64,000 nt of DNA from positions 109,494,001-109,558,000 of the forward strand of contig CM059432.1 in NCBI GenBank assembly GCA_030390025.1, in the 5' to 3' direction. The notes beneath the pieces are model-generated. The model saw only the letters and a list, made by a program, of their open reading frames with translations. It searched no databases and had not been told where the DNA came from. The translations under genes were made by a program, and so were the position numbers. Source of the stretch: Squalus acanthias. Taxonomy: Eukaryota. Below, in pieces: positions 37,303 through 50,376 of this stretch (positions within the stretch are counted from its first letter, which is position 1; each line of letters starts with the position of its first letter).

Positions 37303-40300
37303 TCAAGCTATCCCACTCCCTATCATTCTGGTGTGCTCCATGTGCTTATCCAATAACCGCTTGAAAGTTCCTAAAGTGTCCGACTCCACTATCACAGCAG
37401 GCAGTCCATTCCACACCCCAACCACTCTCTGAGTAAAGAATCTACCTCGGGCATCCCTTCTATATCTCCCCCCATGCACCTTATAGTTATGCCCCCTTGT
37501 AACAGCTACATCCACCCGAGGAAATAGTCTCTGAACATCCACTCTATCTATCCCCCTCATCATCTTATAAACCTCTATTAAGTCGCCTCTCATCCTCCTC
37601 TGCTCTAAAGAGAAAAGCCCTAGCTCCCTCAATCTTTCCTCATAAGACCTCCCCCCCAAACCAGGCAGCATCCTGGTAAATCTCCTTTGCACTCTTTCCA
37701 ATGCTTCCACGTCCTTCCTATAGTGAGGTGACCAGAACTGCACACAATATTCCAAATGTGGTCTCACCAAGGTCCTGTACAGTTGCAGCATAACCTCACG
37801 GTTCTTAAACTCAAACCCCTTGTTAATAAACGCTAACACACTATAGGCCTTCTTTACTGCTCTATCCACTTGAGTGGCAACCTTCAGAGATCTGTGGATA
37901 TGAACCCCCAGATCCCTCTGCTCCTCCACGTTCCTCAGAACCCTGCCGTTGACCCTGTAATCCTTATTCAAATTTTCCCTACCAAAATGAATCACCTTGC
38001 ACTTATCAGGGTTAAATTCCATCTGCCATTTTTCGGCCCAGCTCTGCATCCTATCAATGTCTCTTTGCAGCCTACAACAGCCCTCCACCTCATCCACTAC
38101 TCCACCAATCTTGGTGTCATCGGCAAATTTACTGATCCACCCTTCAGTCCCCTCCTCCAAGTCATTGATAAAAATCACAAACAGCAGAGGACCCAGCACC
38201 GACCCCTGTGGCACACCGCTGGTAACTGGTCTCCAGTCCGAAAATTTTCCATCCACCACCACCCTCTGCCTTCTATGAGATAGCCAGTTACTTATCCAAT
38301 CGGCCAAATTTACCTCTATCCCACAACTCCTTACTTTCTTCATGAGCCGACCATGGGGAACCTTATCAAACGCCTTACTAAAATCCATGTATACGACATC
38401 AACTGCTCTACTTTCATCTACACACTTAGTTACCTCCTCAAAGAATTCAATCAAATTTGTTAGGCAAGACTTACCCTTCACGAATCCGTGTTGACTATCC
38501 CGGATTAAGTTGCATCTTTCCAAATGGTCATAAATCCTATCCCTCAGGACCTTTTCCATTATCTTACCAACCACCAAAGTAAGACTAACCGGCCTATAAT
38601 TACCAATAATGACGAAAGGTCATCGACCTGAAACGTTAACTCTCTTTCTCTCTCCACGGATGCTGCCTGGCCTGCTGAGTTTTTCCAGCGTTTTCTGTTG
38701 TTATTTCAGATTTCCAGCATCCGCAGTATTTTGCTATCCTATAATTACCAGGGTCATTCCTATTTCCTTTCTTGAAGAGAGGAACAACATTCGCCACTCT
38801 CCAGTCCTCTGGCACCATCCCCGTGGACAGTGAGGACCCAAAGATCAAAGCAAAAGGCTCTGCAATCTCCTCCCTTGCCTCCCAAAGAATCCTAGGATAT
38901 ATCCCATCTGGCCCAGGGGACTTATCGACCCTCAGGTTCTTCAAAATTGCTAAAACATCTTCCCTCAGAAAATCTACCTCCTCCAGCCTATCCACCTTTA
39001 TCACACTCTCATCCTCAAAAACATGGCCCCTCTCCTCGCTGAACACTGACGAAAAGTATTCATTCATCACCTCTCCTATCTCTTCTGACTCCATGCACAA
39101 GTTCCCACTACTGTCCTTGACCGGCCCTACCCTCACCCTGGTCATTCTTTTATTTCTCACATAAGAGTAAAAAACCTTGGGGGTTTCCTTGATCCGACCC
39201 GCCAAGGACTTCTCATGCCCCCTCCTAGCTCTCCTAAGCTCTTTTTTTAGCACATTCCTTGATACCTTGTACCCCTCAATCGACCCAACTGAACCTTGTT
39301 TTCTCATCCTTACATACGCTTCCTTTTTCCTCTTGACTAGACATTCAACCTCTTTTGTGAACCATGGTTCTCTCACTCGGCCATTTCCTCCCTGCCTGAC
39401 AGGGACATACCTATCAAGGACACGCAGTAATTGCTCCATGAAAAAGCTCCACTTTTCGTTTGTGCCTTTCCCTGATAGTTTCTGTTCCCATCTTATGCTC
39501 TCTAATTCTTGCCTAATCGCATCATAATTACCCCTCCCCCAATTATAAACCCTGCCCTGCCGTATGGCCCTATCCCTCTCCATTGCAATAGTGAAAGTCA
39601 CCGAATTGTGGTCACTATCTCCAAAGTGCTCTCCCACATACAAATCAAACACTTGGCCCGGTTCATTACCCAGTACCAAATCCAATGTGGCCCCACCTCT
39701 TGTCGGCCTATCCACATATTGTGTCAGGAAACCCTCCTGCACACACTGTGCAAAAACTATCCCATCCGAACTGTTTGACCTATAAAGGTTCCAATCAATA
39801 TTTGGAAAGTTGAAGTCACCCATGACAACTACTCTGTGACCTCCACACCTATTCATAACCTGCTTTACAATTTCTTCCTCCACATCTCTATTACTATTTG
39901 GGGGCCTGTAGAAAACTCCGAACAACGTGACCGCTCTTTTCCTATTTCTAACTTCAGCCCATATTACCTCAGACGGCAGATCCCCCTCGAACTGCCTTTC
40001 TGCCGCTGTTAAACTATCCTTGATTAACAATGCTACTCCTCCACCTTTCTTACCACCTTCCCTACTCTTACTGAAACATCTATACCCCGGAACTTCCAAC
40101 AACCATTCCTGTCCCTGTTCTAACCATGTCTCCGTAATGGCCACCACATCGTAGTCCCAAGTACCAATCCACGCTCCAAGTTCTCCTACCTTATTCCGGA
40201 TGCTCCTTGCATTGAAGTAGACACACTTCAAGCCACCTTCCTGTCTGCCGGTACATTCCTGTGACCTTGATACCCTCCTCAGTACCTTCCTACACTCACC

Positions 40301-40340
40301 ACTGGCTCCTGGACTACAGCCCTTTTTCCCATCCCCCTGA
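37303..40340 (-). pseudogene. CR1 ORF2 (APE endonuclease + RT) split by Penelope insert
   Basis: ORFs 38636-40465 and 37303-38577 join as DPGNYRPVSLT when insert and one TSD copy are removed. Confidence 0.9.
38606..38737 (+). mobile_element. 132-bp Penelope pLTR insertion
   Basis: 13-bp TSD CCTATAATTACCA; matches 54395-54521. Confidence 0.92.
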
Positions 40341-40344
40341 CAAA

Positions 40345-41271
40345 TTAGTTTAAACCCCCCCGAAGAGCCGTAGCAAATTTCCCTCCCAGGATATTGGTGC
40401 CCCTCTGGTTCAGGTGCAAACCGTCCTGTTTGTACAGGTCCCACCTTCCCCAGAATGTGCTCCAATTATCCACATAACTGAAACCCTCCCCCCTACACCA
40501 TCCCTGCAGCCACGTGTTTATCTGTACTCTCTCCCTGTTCCTCAACTCGCTAGCACGTGGCACCGGCAACAAACCAGAGATTACAACATGGTTTGTACTG
40601 GCTCTCAGCTTCCAACCTAGCTCCCTAAATTCCTGTTTTAAATCCCCGTCCCTTCTCCTACCTATGTCGTTGGTACCGATGTGTACCACGACTTGTGATT
40701 GTTCCCCCTCCCCCTTGAGGATTTTGAAAACACGGTCCGAGACGTCACGGACCCTGGCACCCGGGAGGCAACATACCATCCGTGAGTCTCTTTTGCTGCC
40801 ACAGAACCTCCTATCTGTCCCTCTGACTATTGAGTCCCCAATAACTATTGCTCTCCTGCTCTCCCCCCTTCCCTTCTGAGCCACAGGGACGGACTCAGCG
40901 CCGGAGATCCAGTCACCGTGGCTTACTACTGGTAGGTCGTCCCCCTCAACAGTATCCAAAGCGGTATACTTGTTACTGAGGGGAACGACCACAGAGGATC
41001 CCTGCACTGACTGCTTCCTCCTAGCCCCTCTCACCATCACCCATCTATCTTCATTCTTTGGAGTAACTACATCCCTGAAGCTTTTATCTATAACCACCTC
41101 TGCCTCCCGAATGATCCGAAGTTCATCCAGCTCAAGCTCCAGTTCCCTAACGTGGTTTTCGAGGAGCTGGAGATGGGTGCACTTCCCACAGGTGTAATCA
41201 GCAGGGACACCGACGGTGTCGCTCACCTCAAACATTCTGCGGGAGGAACATTTCACTGCCTCCCCTGCCAT
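40345..41271 (-). CDS. CR1 ORF1p with SGNH/GDSL esterase domain
   Basis: Cys/leucine-zipper N-terminus; IGDS, PGA, GTND, DGLH blocks. Confidence 0.92.
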   Translation of the reverse strand: MAGEAVKCSSRRMFEVSDTVGVPADYTCGKCTHLQLLENHVRELELELDELRIIREAEVVIDKSFRDVVTPKNEDRWVMVRGARRKQSVQGSSVVVPLSNKYTALDTVEGDDLPVVSHGDWISGAESVPVAQKGRGESRRAIVIGDSIVRGTDRRFCGSKRDSRMVCCLPGARVRDVSDRVFKILKGEGEQSQVVVHIGTNDIGRRRDGDLKQEFRELGWKLRASTNHVVISGLLPVPRASELRNRERVQINTWLQGWCRGEGFSYVDNWSTFWGRWDLYKQDGLHLNQRGTNILGGKFATALRGGLN

Positions 41272-44200
41272 CCCCTCTAGCTAACTTGCGGATTAAACTA
41301 GAACAAGAAAGAGCTTACCTGATATTCACTCATCCCCTTTAGGTTAGAGGAGGTGGAAGGGTGGGGGACACTACAAGTGTAGTGTCTCGGGTTTAGGAAC
41401 CGCCCAACTTATATATAGGTAAAAATTAATCACTTACCCAGCAACCACTGCGACCCGCACTATAAAAGCACTCAACAGGTCCGCCTCCGCCGCTGCTCCC
41501 GCGCTGCTCTAGGCCTCGCTGCCGCCTCGGGCTTACCTTTTGTACTCCGCTCTCCTCCGCTCCCTCACAGGTCCGCCGCCTCCGCCGCCGCGCTGCAATA
41601 CAATAGGGAATTCAGGAGAAACTTCTTTACCCAAAGAGTGATGAGAATGTGGAACTTGCTACCACAGGGAGTGGTTGAAGCGAATAGTATAGATGCATTT
41701 AAGGGGAGGCTAGACAAGCATATGAGGGAAAAGGGAATAGAGGGTTATGCGGATAGATTTAGATGAGGAAAGACGAGAGGAAGTTCGTGTGGAGTATAAA
41801 CGCCGGCATGGACTGGTTGGGCCGAATGGCCTGTTTCTGTGCCGTATATCCTATTTAATCTTATGTAATGTATCCGCTAATGTAAATATGTTTCCGCTAT
41901 TCTTTTACTGTTTAGTAAATTTATTTAAAGGCTAAATCCTGGTCAATAGTAGAGTTACTCTGCCACTTTCAAAGACAACGAGGATCCCATGGAGGCATAG
42001 GATAGAACCAGTAGCTGAAGTAATCTTAAAGTGGAATAAAAACAGAAAATGCTGGAGATACTCAGCAGGTCAGGCAGCATCTGTGAAGAGAGAAACAGAG
42101 TTAATGTTTCAGGTCGATGACCTTTTGTCAGAACTGGAAAAAAGCAGGAAATGGAACAGATTTTTAAGCAAGTGCAGGGGCTGGGAAAGGGGGGAGGGGA
42201 TGAAAGAACAAAAGGGAAGGTCTGTGATAGGATAGAAGGCAGGAGAGGTTAAGAGACATTAAGAGATATTCAAGGCATTCAAGTTCATCTTCATTGCTTT
42301 CTGTTTCCCTTCTCGTGTTTGATCAGGTATCTACCAAAACTCGCTTTCACAGCCACATATCTTTCCTCGGCAACTGTCTCCGGCTCCGACTTACTCCACG
42401 TGGATTCCAACTGAAATTCCACCCTTCGTGTTTTGGAGCCACCCAGGACTACAGATATCTCCAAGGTATTCATCGTTCCTTGAACTACTGCTCTCGCCGT
42501 ATCCTGAGATCCACGCTGAATGCCATGCGACGCCACATGAACACCCTCGACCTCTCTCTTCAGCAGCACCGACTCACTCTATCGCAAAGCTGTCCTGGTC
42601 TGCAGTTCCATTTCATCCTTCGCCTCATCCGGCGCTTTAACAAAACACTTTTTTTCTTCCTTTCAGGTGTCAAGGATCGCAAGCTTCAACAACTCTTGGA
42701 CACCAACGCCCCTCCGGAACCTGCTTCCCCTTCACTTTCCTCTGTCCCCATCCCTTCTCCCAATCTCACCCCCTGCCGCGTTTTCACTATCCCCTCTGAT
42801 CTACCCCTCTCTGACCCTGAATCCTTAGCAAAGGCCTAAGCTTCATCCCCTTACGCCCCCACCTCAATGAATTTCGAGCTCGGCACGACGCTGAGCTCTT
42901 TTTCTGTCGCCTTCGTCTCCGTGCCCACTTCTTTGGCCAGGAGTCTTCCCCCCGCATGGCTGACCCTTTCTCCCACTTTCAGAATTCCCGTTCTGCCTGG
43001 ACCCCTCCCTCTGGCCTCTTACCCTCTCTAGATCTTTTCATTGCAAACTGCCGGCGTGACATTGTCCGTCTCCATTTCTCTGCTCCCCTCACTCACTCCA
43101 ACCTACCTCCCTCTGAACTTGCAGTACTCCATTCTCTCAGATCCAACCCAACATTGTCATTAAACCTGCTGACAAGGGTGGTGCTGTTGTTGTTTGGCGA
43201 ACCGACCTCTACTGTGCGGAAGCTGAACGCCAACTCTCTGACACCTCCTCCTACCTCCACCTGGACCATGACCCCACTACCGAACATCAAGCCACCGTTT
43301 CCAAGACTGTCACTGGCCTCATCTCCTCTGGAGATCTTCCCTCCATGGCCGCCAACCTCATAGTTCCTCAATCCCGCACAGCCTGCTTCTACCTCCTTCC
43401 CAAGATCCACAATCAGGACTGCCCTGGTAGACCCATCGTTTCAGCCTGTTCTTGCTCCACGGAACTTATCTCTTCCTATCTCAACTCTATTTTTTCTCCC
43501 CTTGTCCAGTCTCTTCCCACCTACATCCGCGACTCTTCCGACGCCCTCCGCCACTTTAACAGTTTCCAGTTTCCTGGCCCCTAACCGTCTCCTTTTCACT
43601 ATGGACGTCCAATCCCTGTACACCTCCATCCCCACCAGGATGGCCTGAGGGCGCTCCGCTTCTTCCTTGAACAGAGGCCCAACCAATCCCCATCCACCAC
43701 CATCCTCCTCCACCCGGCTGAACTTGTTCTCACATTGAACAACTTCTCCTTTGACTCCACTCACTTCCTCCAAATCAAAGGTGTTGCTATGGGTACCCGC
43801 ACGGGTCCTAGCTATGCCTGCCTTTTCGTGGGATATGTGGAACACTCTTTGTTCCAGTCCTACTCAGGTCCCCTCCCTCGCCTCTTTTCCCGGTACATTG
43901 ATGACTGTATTGGTGCCGTTTCCTGCTCTCGCCCTGAACTAGATAATTTCATTCACTTTGCTTCCAAATTCCACCCTTTCCTCACCTTCACATGGTCCAT
44001 CTCCGACTCTTCCCTTCCCTTCCTCGACTTCTCCGTCTCCATCTCTGGGGATAGGTTATTGACAAACATTCACTACAAGCCCACTAACTCCCACAGCTAC
44101 CTGGACTACACTTCCTCCCACCCCGCTTCCTGTAAGGACTCTATTCCATTGTCCCAGTTTCTCCGTCTCCGCCGCATCTGCTCTGATGATGCCACCTTCC

Positions 44201-44674
44201 ATACCAGTGCTTCCGACATGTCTTCCTTTTTCCTCAACCGAGGATTCCCCTCTACTGTGGTTGCCACGGCCCTTGACCGTGTCCGTTCTATCTCCCGCAC
44301 TTCTGCCCTCACCCCTGACCCTCCCTCCCAGAACCACGATAGAGTTCCCCTTGTCCTCACCTTTCACCCCACCAGCATCCACATTCAATGGATCATCCTC
44401 CGCCATTTCCGCCACTTCCAGCATGATCCCACCACCAAACACATCTTCCCCTCACCTCCCCTTTCAGCATTCCGAAGGGACCGCTCCCTCCGCGACACCC
44501 TGCTCCACTCCTCTATCACCCCCAACACCTCTTCCCCTTCGCCCGGCACCTTCCCGTGCAAGCGCAGGAGATGCAACACATGCCCTTATACCTCCCCCCT
44601 TCCCACTGTCAAGGGTCCCAAACACCCCTTCCAGGTGAAACAGCGATTTACTTGTACTTCTTGCAATTTAGTAT

Positions 44675-47600
44675 TGTGGCGGATCACCACCTAAAATGGG
44701 CATAATCCACTCTTCCGTCTGTGGACAAACTTCCAGCACCTTCCCCTTTAAGGCACATTACCTTTAAGGCAGAAGGGGGCGGGGCCTCAGGTTTTACCCA
44801 GAGAATTCTGGGAGTTTTTTCCAGAGAATTCTGGAAGCAGCTCTCTCAGCCATTTTGTGTGCCATGCAGTGAATTAAAGTTTTCTTGTTTTCCACATATG
44901 GATTCAGCCTCCATTCGTGTTTCGCGGCAGCCTCAACATTGGTGACCCCGACGCTCAGAATGTATTCCGAGCACTGCAATGGCGGACACGAACGCAGTTT
45001 CCGTGAAACTGCCGGAGTTTTGGGAAAACCAGCCCGAAGCCTGGTTTCTCCAAGCTGAATCTTGCTTCCGGCTGCGAAATATCACCACAAATGGGACGAA
45101 GTACGACTATCTCGTCACATCACTCAGTAGCGCCGCAGTTTCCAAGGTTTGGACAATTCTGCAGAACCCACCAGAGGAAGGCAAGTACGCACATCTCAGA
45201 ACAGCGCTCCTTAAAATATTTACGGCTTCGGCATATCAGCAAAACTGCCACCTCCTCGACCTTCCAGGCCTCGGTGATGCCTCACTGTCAGACCTCCTCT
45301 CCCACATGCTCTCCCTCACCGACGAGAGCCCACCCGGATCCCTCTTCCGCACACTGTTCATCCGCCAGCTCCCTCTCAGCATCCGCCCAGCGATCGTGGC
45401 GTCCGGCCTCACGAATCTGGAAGCCCTGGCCGATGAGGCCGACAAGCTGCTGTCCGCTCACTCCAGCCGCGACGTCACTCCGGACCTGGCAGCCAATGCC
45501 TGGGCGCGCCCCTCACCATCCAGCACATGGCCACAAGGGCCTGTCACCAGGCCCACGAGGCCTTCACGCCCCACTAACCCGGGCCACTGTTACTACCACG
45601 CATGGTTCGGCGCCAGGGCACAACGGTGCACACCTCCCTGCTCTTTCAAGTCCGCCCCCGTTCCAGCCCCTGCGATGGCCGTGGGCCACGCGGGCTCCCT
45701 GCTGTTCGTCACGGATGACAAAACCGGTCGCCGGTTCCTGTGCGACACTGGGGCTCAGCACATCATCATCCCGGCCTCCTCCCTCGACATCCAAAAGGGC
45801 GAATGAGGACCGGCGCTGGCTGCTGCTAACGGCTCGGAAATCCAGACGTATGGCACCCGGACAGTCACCCTCGACCTCGCTGGTCACCGCTACCGATGGG
45901 AGTTCATCACTGCCAAGGTGCTCTCCCCCATTATCACTGCAGATTTCCTGTGTGCCCACGGCTTACTGGTAGACATCCCTCGTCACCGCCTCGTGGACAT
46001 GAACACCATGTCCCCCATCCTGGGCGCCATGGCTCCCCGTCAACCCGCCGACATGGCGTCACAGTGCCACGCCCGGGCCACGGATGACTACTCGGCACTC
46101 CTGGCCGAATTCCCGGCCCTTACCAATCCATCTTCTCCGCGGAGGCCGCCAAACACGGGGTGGAACACTTCATCCCCACCACAGGCCCCCCAGTGTACGC
46201 CCACGCCCGCAGGCTGGACCCGGCCAAACTGGAGATCGCGCGGACCAAGTTTGCCACCATGGAACAGCTCGGCATCATCCGCCGCTCCAACAGTCCCTGG
46301 GCCTCCCCACTCCACATCGCCCCTAAACCAGGCGGAGGTTGGCGCCCCTGCGGGGATTACCGCCGCCTCAATGACGCCACCACCCCTGATCGGTACCCCG
46401 TGCTGCACATTCAGGACTTCTCGGCTAGACTGGCCGGCCGCTCAGTCTTTTCCAAGGTCGACCTGGTGCGCGGCTACCACCAAGTCCCCGTCCACCCCGC
46501 GGACGTCCCCAAGATGGCCGTAATCACCCCCTTCGGACTGTTCGAGTTCCTGCGGATGCCCTTCGGCCTCAAAAACGCGGCCCAGGCATTCCAACGGCTC
46601 ATGGACTTGGTCCTTCGGGACCTGAAGTTCCTGTTCGTCTACCTGGACGACATCCTGGTAGCCAGTTCCTCCAAGCAGGAACACCTCGAACACCTTCGCA
46701 TCCTGTTCGGGCGCCTCAGCGACCACGGGTTCATCCTCAGCCCAGCCAAATGCCAGTTCGGCCTGGACAAGATCGATTTCCTCGGCCACCACATCACCCA
46801 TGCTGGGGCCATTCCCCTGCCCACCAAGGTGCAGGCCGTCCAACAATTTCCCCGCCCCACCACCATCAAAGGCCTCCAGGAGTTCCTCGGGATGGTGAAT
46901 TTCTATAACCGCTTCATCCCCAAAGCGGCGTCCCTCATGAGGCCCCTGTATGAAGCCCTCCGGGGCAGGAGCGGCGAGATGGCAGTCGAATGGACGGCAG
47001 ACGCGTCCGCCGCCTTCGATTCCACCAAGACCGCGCTCGCCAACGCCACCCTGCTCGCGCACCCACGGCCCAATGCCAGGGTAGCGCTCACCCCGGCGCC
47101 TCCGACCACGCGGTCGGCGCCGTTTATGAGCAGTGGGTCGACGGCGCCTGGCAACCACTTGCCTTCTTCAGCCGCCAACTACGCCCCCCGGAGGTCAAGT
47201 ACAGCACCTTCGATCGCGAGCTCCTCGCGCTGTTCCTGGCGGTCCGCCATTTCCGGTTTTTGCTTGAGGGCCACCCCTTCACTGCGTTTGTCGACCACAA
47301 GCCCCTGACATTCGCAATGGCAAAGACAACCGACCCCTGGTCCGCCAGGCAGCAGCGCCAGCTCGCGGCAGTGTCCGAGTTCACCACGGACATCCAACAC
47401 GTCTCCGGCCGAGACAATGTGGTAGCCGACTGCCTCTCCCGCCCCGCCATCCACGCCGCACACCTGGCAGTCGACTACGCTCAACTCGCAGCAGACCAGA
47501 TCACCGACCCTGATCTGCTCTCCGCACCCACCAACCTACCAGGGCTACGCCTGGCTGACGTCGCCTGTGGCCCGACCGCAGTCACGTTCAAGTGCGACAT

Positions 47601-49072
47601 ATCCCAATGTCAACCTCGGCCCGTCGTCCCAGCGTCCTGGCGCCGCCGGGTATTCGACATTCTCCACAACCTCTCCCACCCCGGCGTCCGCGCATCCATC
47701 AAATTGGTAGCCAACCGCTTTGTCTGGCGCGGCTTTCGCAAGGATGTGCGTACTTGGGCCAACTCCTGCCTAGCCTGCCAACGGGCCAAGGTACAGCAAC
47801 ACACGAAAGCACCCCTCGAGGAGTTTACCGTCCCCTCGCGGAGATTCGACCACATCCACGTGGACATCGTCGGGCCCCTGCCGCCGTCGAAAGGCCACAC
47901 GCACTTGCTGACCATCGTTGACCGCACCACACGCTGGCCTGAGGCAATTCCACTGACCTCGACCACCACCGCCGACATCGCCAGAGCCTTCGTCAGCACC
48001 TGGGTCGCACGGTTCGGCGTCCCCTCCGACATGACGTCGGACAGAGGTCCGCAATTTACCTCTGAACTCTGGACCACCGTCGCACGCAATCTCGGGGTGA
48101 CCATTCACCGCACCACAGCGTACCACCCCCAAGCCAACGGACTGTGTGAGCGGTTCCACAGATCCTTGAAGGCATCTCTTCGAGCCAGCCTCCAAACGGC
48201 GCCTGGACCGACCGACTTCCGTGGGTCCTCCTCGGCCTGCGCACCGCGGTTAAAGAAGACCTCCACGCATCGGCAGCAGAGCTCGTGTACGGTCAGCCGC
48301 TGCGCGTACCCGGCGAGTTCCTGCCCACCACCACGACACCCTGGTCAGCCGACCAGCAACGCCACGACTTCGCCTCACCGGCGCAGCAGTTCGCCCCGGT
48401 GCCCATTACCCGACACGGCGAATCCACCTCACACGTCCCACTAAGCCTGCACCAGGCACGGTTTGTTTTCGTCCGGCACGACGCCCACCACGGACCTCTT
48501 CAACCCCCGTACGACGGGCCCTAGAAGGTGCTACAGGCTGGGGACAAATTTTTCACCCTGCAAGTGGGCGACAGGACCAAAAAAGTGTCGGTGGACCGAC
48601 TCAAGCCAGCACACTCGGAGCCCGGGGAGCAGGTCCCTGTAGCCCGTCCACCTCCACGCAGCCGACCTGCCCTCAAGCCGGTTCACCCGGCTGCTCCACG
48701 CCCGGCCGTTCCACGTCCACCGGCGTCCTACAAGAGCTGCTCCGGCCGGCCCATTAGACCGCCGCACCGTCTCGTCCACACCTCCTAAGCGGATTCTGGG
48801 GGGAGCTGTGTGGCGGATCGCCACCTAAAACGGGCATAATCCACTCTTCCGTCTGTGGGCAAACTTCCAGCACCTTCCCCTTTAAGGCACATTACCTTTA
48901 AGGCAGAAGGGGGCGGGGCCTCAGGTTTTACCCAGAGAATTCTGGGAGTTTTTTCCAGAGAATTCTGGAAGCAGCTCTCTCAGCCATTTTGTGTGCCATG
49001 CAGTGAATTAAAGTTTTCTTGTTTTCCACATATGGATTCAGCCTCCATTCATGTTTCGCGGCAGCCTCAACA
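44675..49072 (+). mobile_element. Ty3/Gypsy LTR retrotransposon (4398 bp)
   Basis: 264-bp LTRs 44675-44938 and 48809-49072, TSD GTAT, tRNA-Trp PBS TGGTGACCCCGACG (44940), PPT before 3' LTR. Confidence 0.96.
44979..48788 (+). pseudogene. Gypsy gag-pol, 2 stops and 3 frameshifts
   Basis: VKLPEFW, CYYH..FG..A..C..PC, LCDTGA, YLDD, RNase H, HHCC, VDIVGP..SDRG..ERFHR. Confidence 0.92.
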
Positions 49073-49177
49073 GTATACTGTATTCGCTGCTCACGATGCG
49101 GTCTCCTCTACATTGGGGAGACCAAACGCAGATTGGGTGACCGCTTTGCGGAACACCTCCATTCAGTCCGTAAGGGG

Positions 49178-49733
49178 TGGACATATGAGGAGAGGTTGAG
49201 TAGATTGGGACTCTACTCATTGGAGTTCAGAAGAATGAGAGGCGATCTTATTGAAACATATAAGATTGCGAAGGGGCTTGATCGGGTGGATGCGGTAAGG
49301 ATGTTCCCAAGGATGGGTGAAACTAGAACTAGGGGGCATAATCATAGAATAAGGGGCTGCTCTTTCAAAATTGAGGTGAGGAGAAACTTCTTCACTCAGA
49401 GGGTAGTAGGTCTGTGGAATTTGCTGCCCCAGGAAGCTGTGGAAGCTACATCATTAAATAAATTTAAAACAGAAATAGACAGTTTCCTAGAAGTAAAGGG
49501 AATTAGGGGTTACGGTGAGCGGGCAGGAAATTGGACATGAGGCTGAGTTCGGATCGGTCGAGGCCCTGTGGGTGGCGTAGCAGGCCCAGGGGCTGAGTGG
49601 CTGGGTCCTACTCGTACTTCTTGTGTTCTTTAGATTTGAGGTTAGGATCAGATCAGCCATGATCTTATTGAATGGCGGAGCAGGCTCGAGGGGCCGATTG
49701 GCCTACTCCTGCTCCTATTTCTTATGTTGTTAT
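49178..49733 (+). mobile_element. CR1 3' fragment nested in Penelope GIY-YIG region
   Basis: TSD GTAAGGGG; YEERLSRLGLYSLEFRR. Confidence 0.9.
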
Positions 49734-50376
49734 GTAAGGGGGACCCCGAGCTTCTGGTCGCCTGTCACTTTAATTCTTCGCACCACTCCCACTCTGACCT
49801 CACCGTCCTCAGCCTATTACACTGTTCCACTGAAGCTCAGTGGAAGCTCGAGTAACAGCACCTCATCTTTCGATTAGGCACTTTACAGCCTTCTGGACTC
49901 AACACAGAGTTCAACAATTTCAGATCATAACCTCGGCCCCTATCATATATATATTTTTGATCCACACTTTTTGTCTGTGTCTTTTTTTCTTCTCTCCCAC
50001 ATGGCAGTCGTCTTTCATTCTGCCAGTGCAATTCACACTTCATCTAGAGCCATCCTTTGTTTCTTAACCTGTCCCATTACCACCTCCTTTTTCCTTGAAT
50101 ATCTCTTAATGTCTCTTAACCTCTCTTGCCTTCTATCCTGTCACAGACCTTCCCTTTTGTTCTTTCATCCCCTTCCCCCTTTCCCAGCCCCTGCACTTGC
50201 TTAAAAATCTGTTCCATTTCCTGCTTTTTTCTAGTTCTGACGAAAGGTCATCGACCTGAAACGTTAACTCTGTTTCTCTCTTCACAGATGCTGCCTGACT
50301 TGCTGAGTATCTCCAGCATTTTCTGTTTTTATTTCAGATTTCCAGCATCTGCAGTATTTTCTTTTAATTTTAAAGT

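Larger units (their letters stand above)
37227..41596 (-). mobile_element. Full-length young CR1 LINE
   Basis: TSD AATACA; GC-rich 5' UTR; ORF1 and ORF2; ORF2 interrupted by a 132-bp insert. Confidence 0.93.
42035..50364 (+). mobile_element. Degenerate Penelope element with inverted 5' pLTR, hosting a Gypsy and a CR1 fragment
   Basis: Homologous to 54445-57312; TSD TAAT(C/T)TTAAAGTGG; inverted pLTR 42035-42277. Confidence 0.9.

Noticed and set aside
45091..48444. Long overlapping and antisense ORFs in the Gypsy
   Set aside because: Expected from high GC content and frameshifted pol
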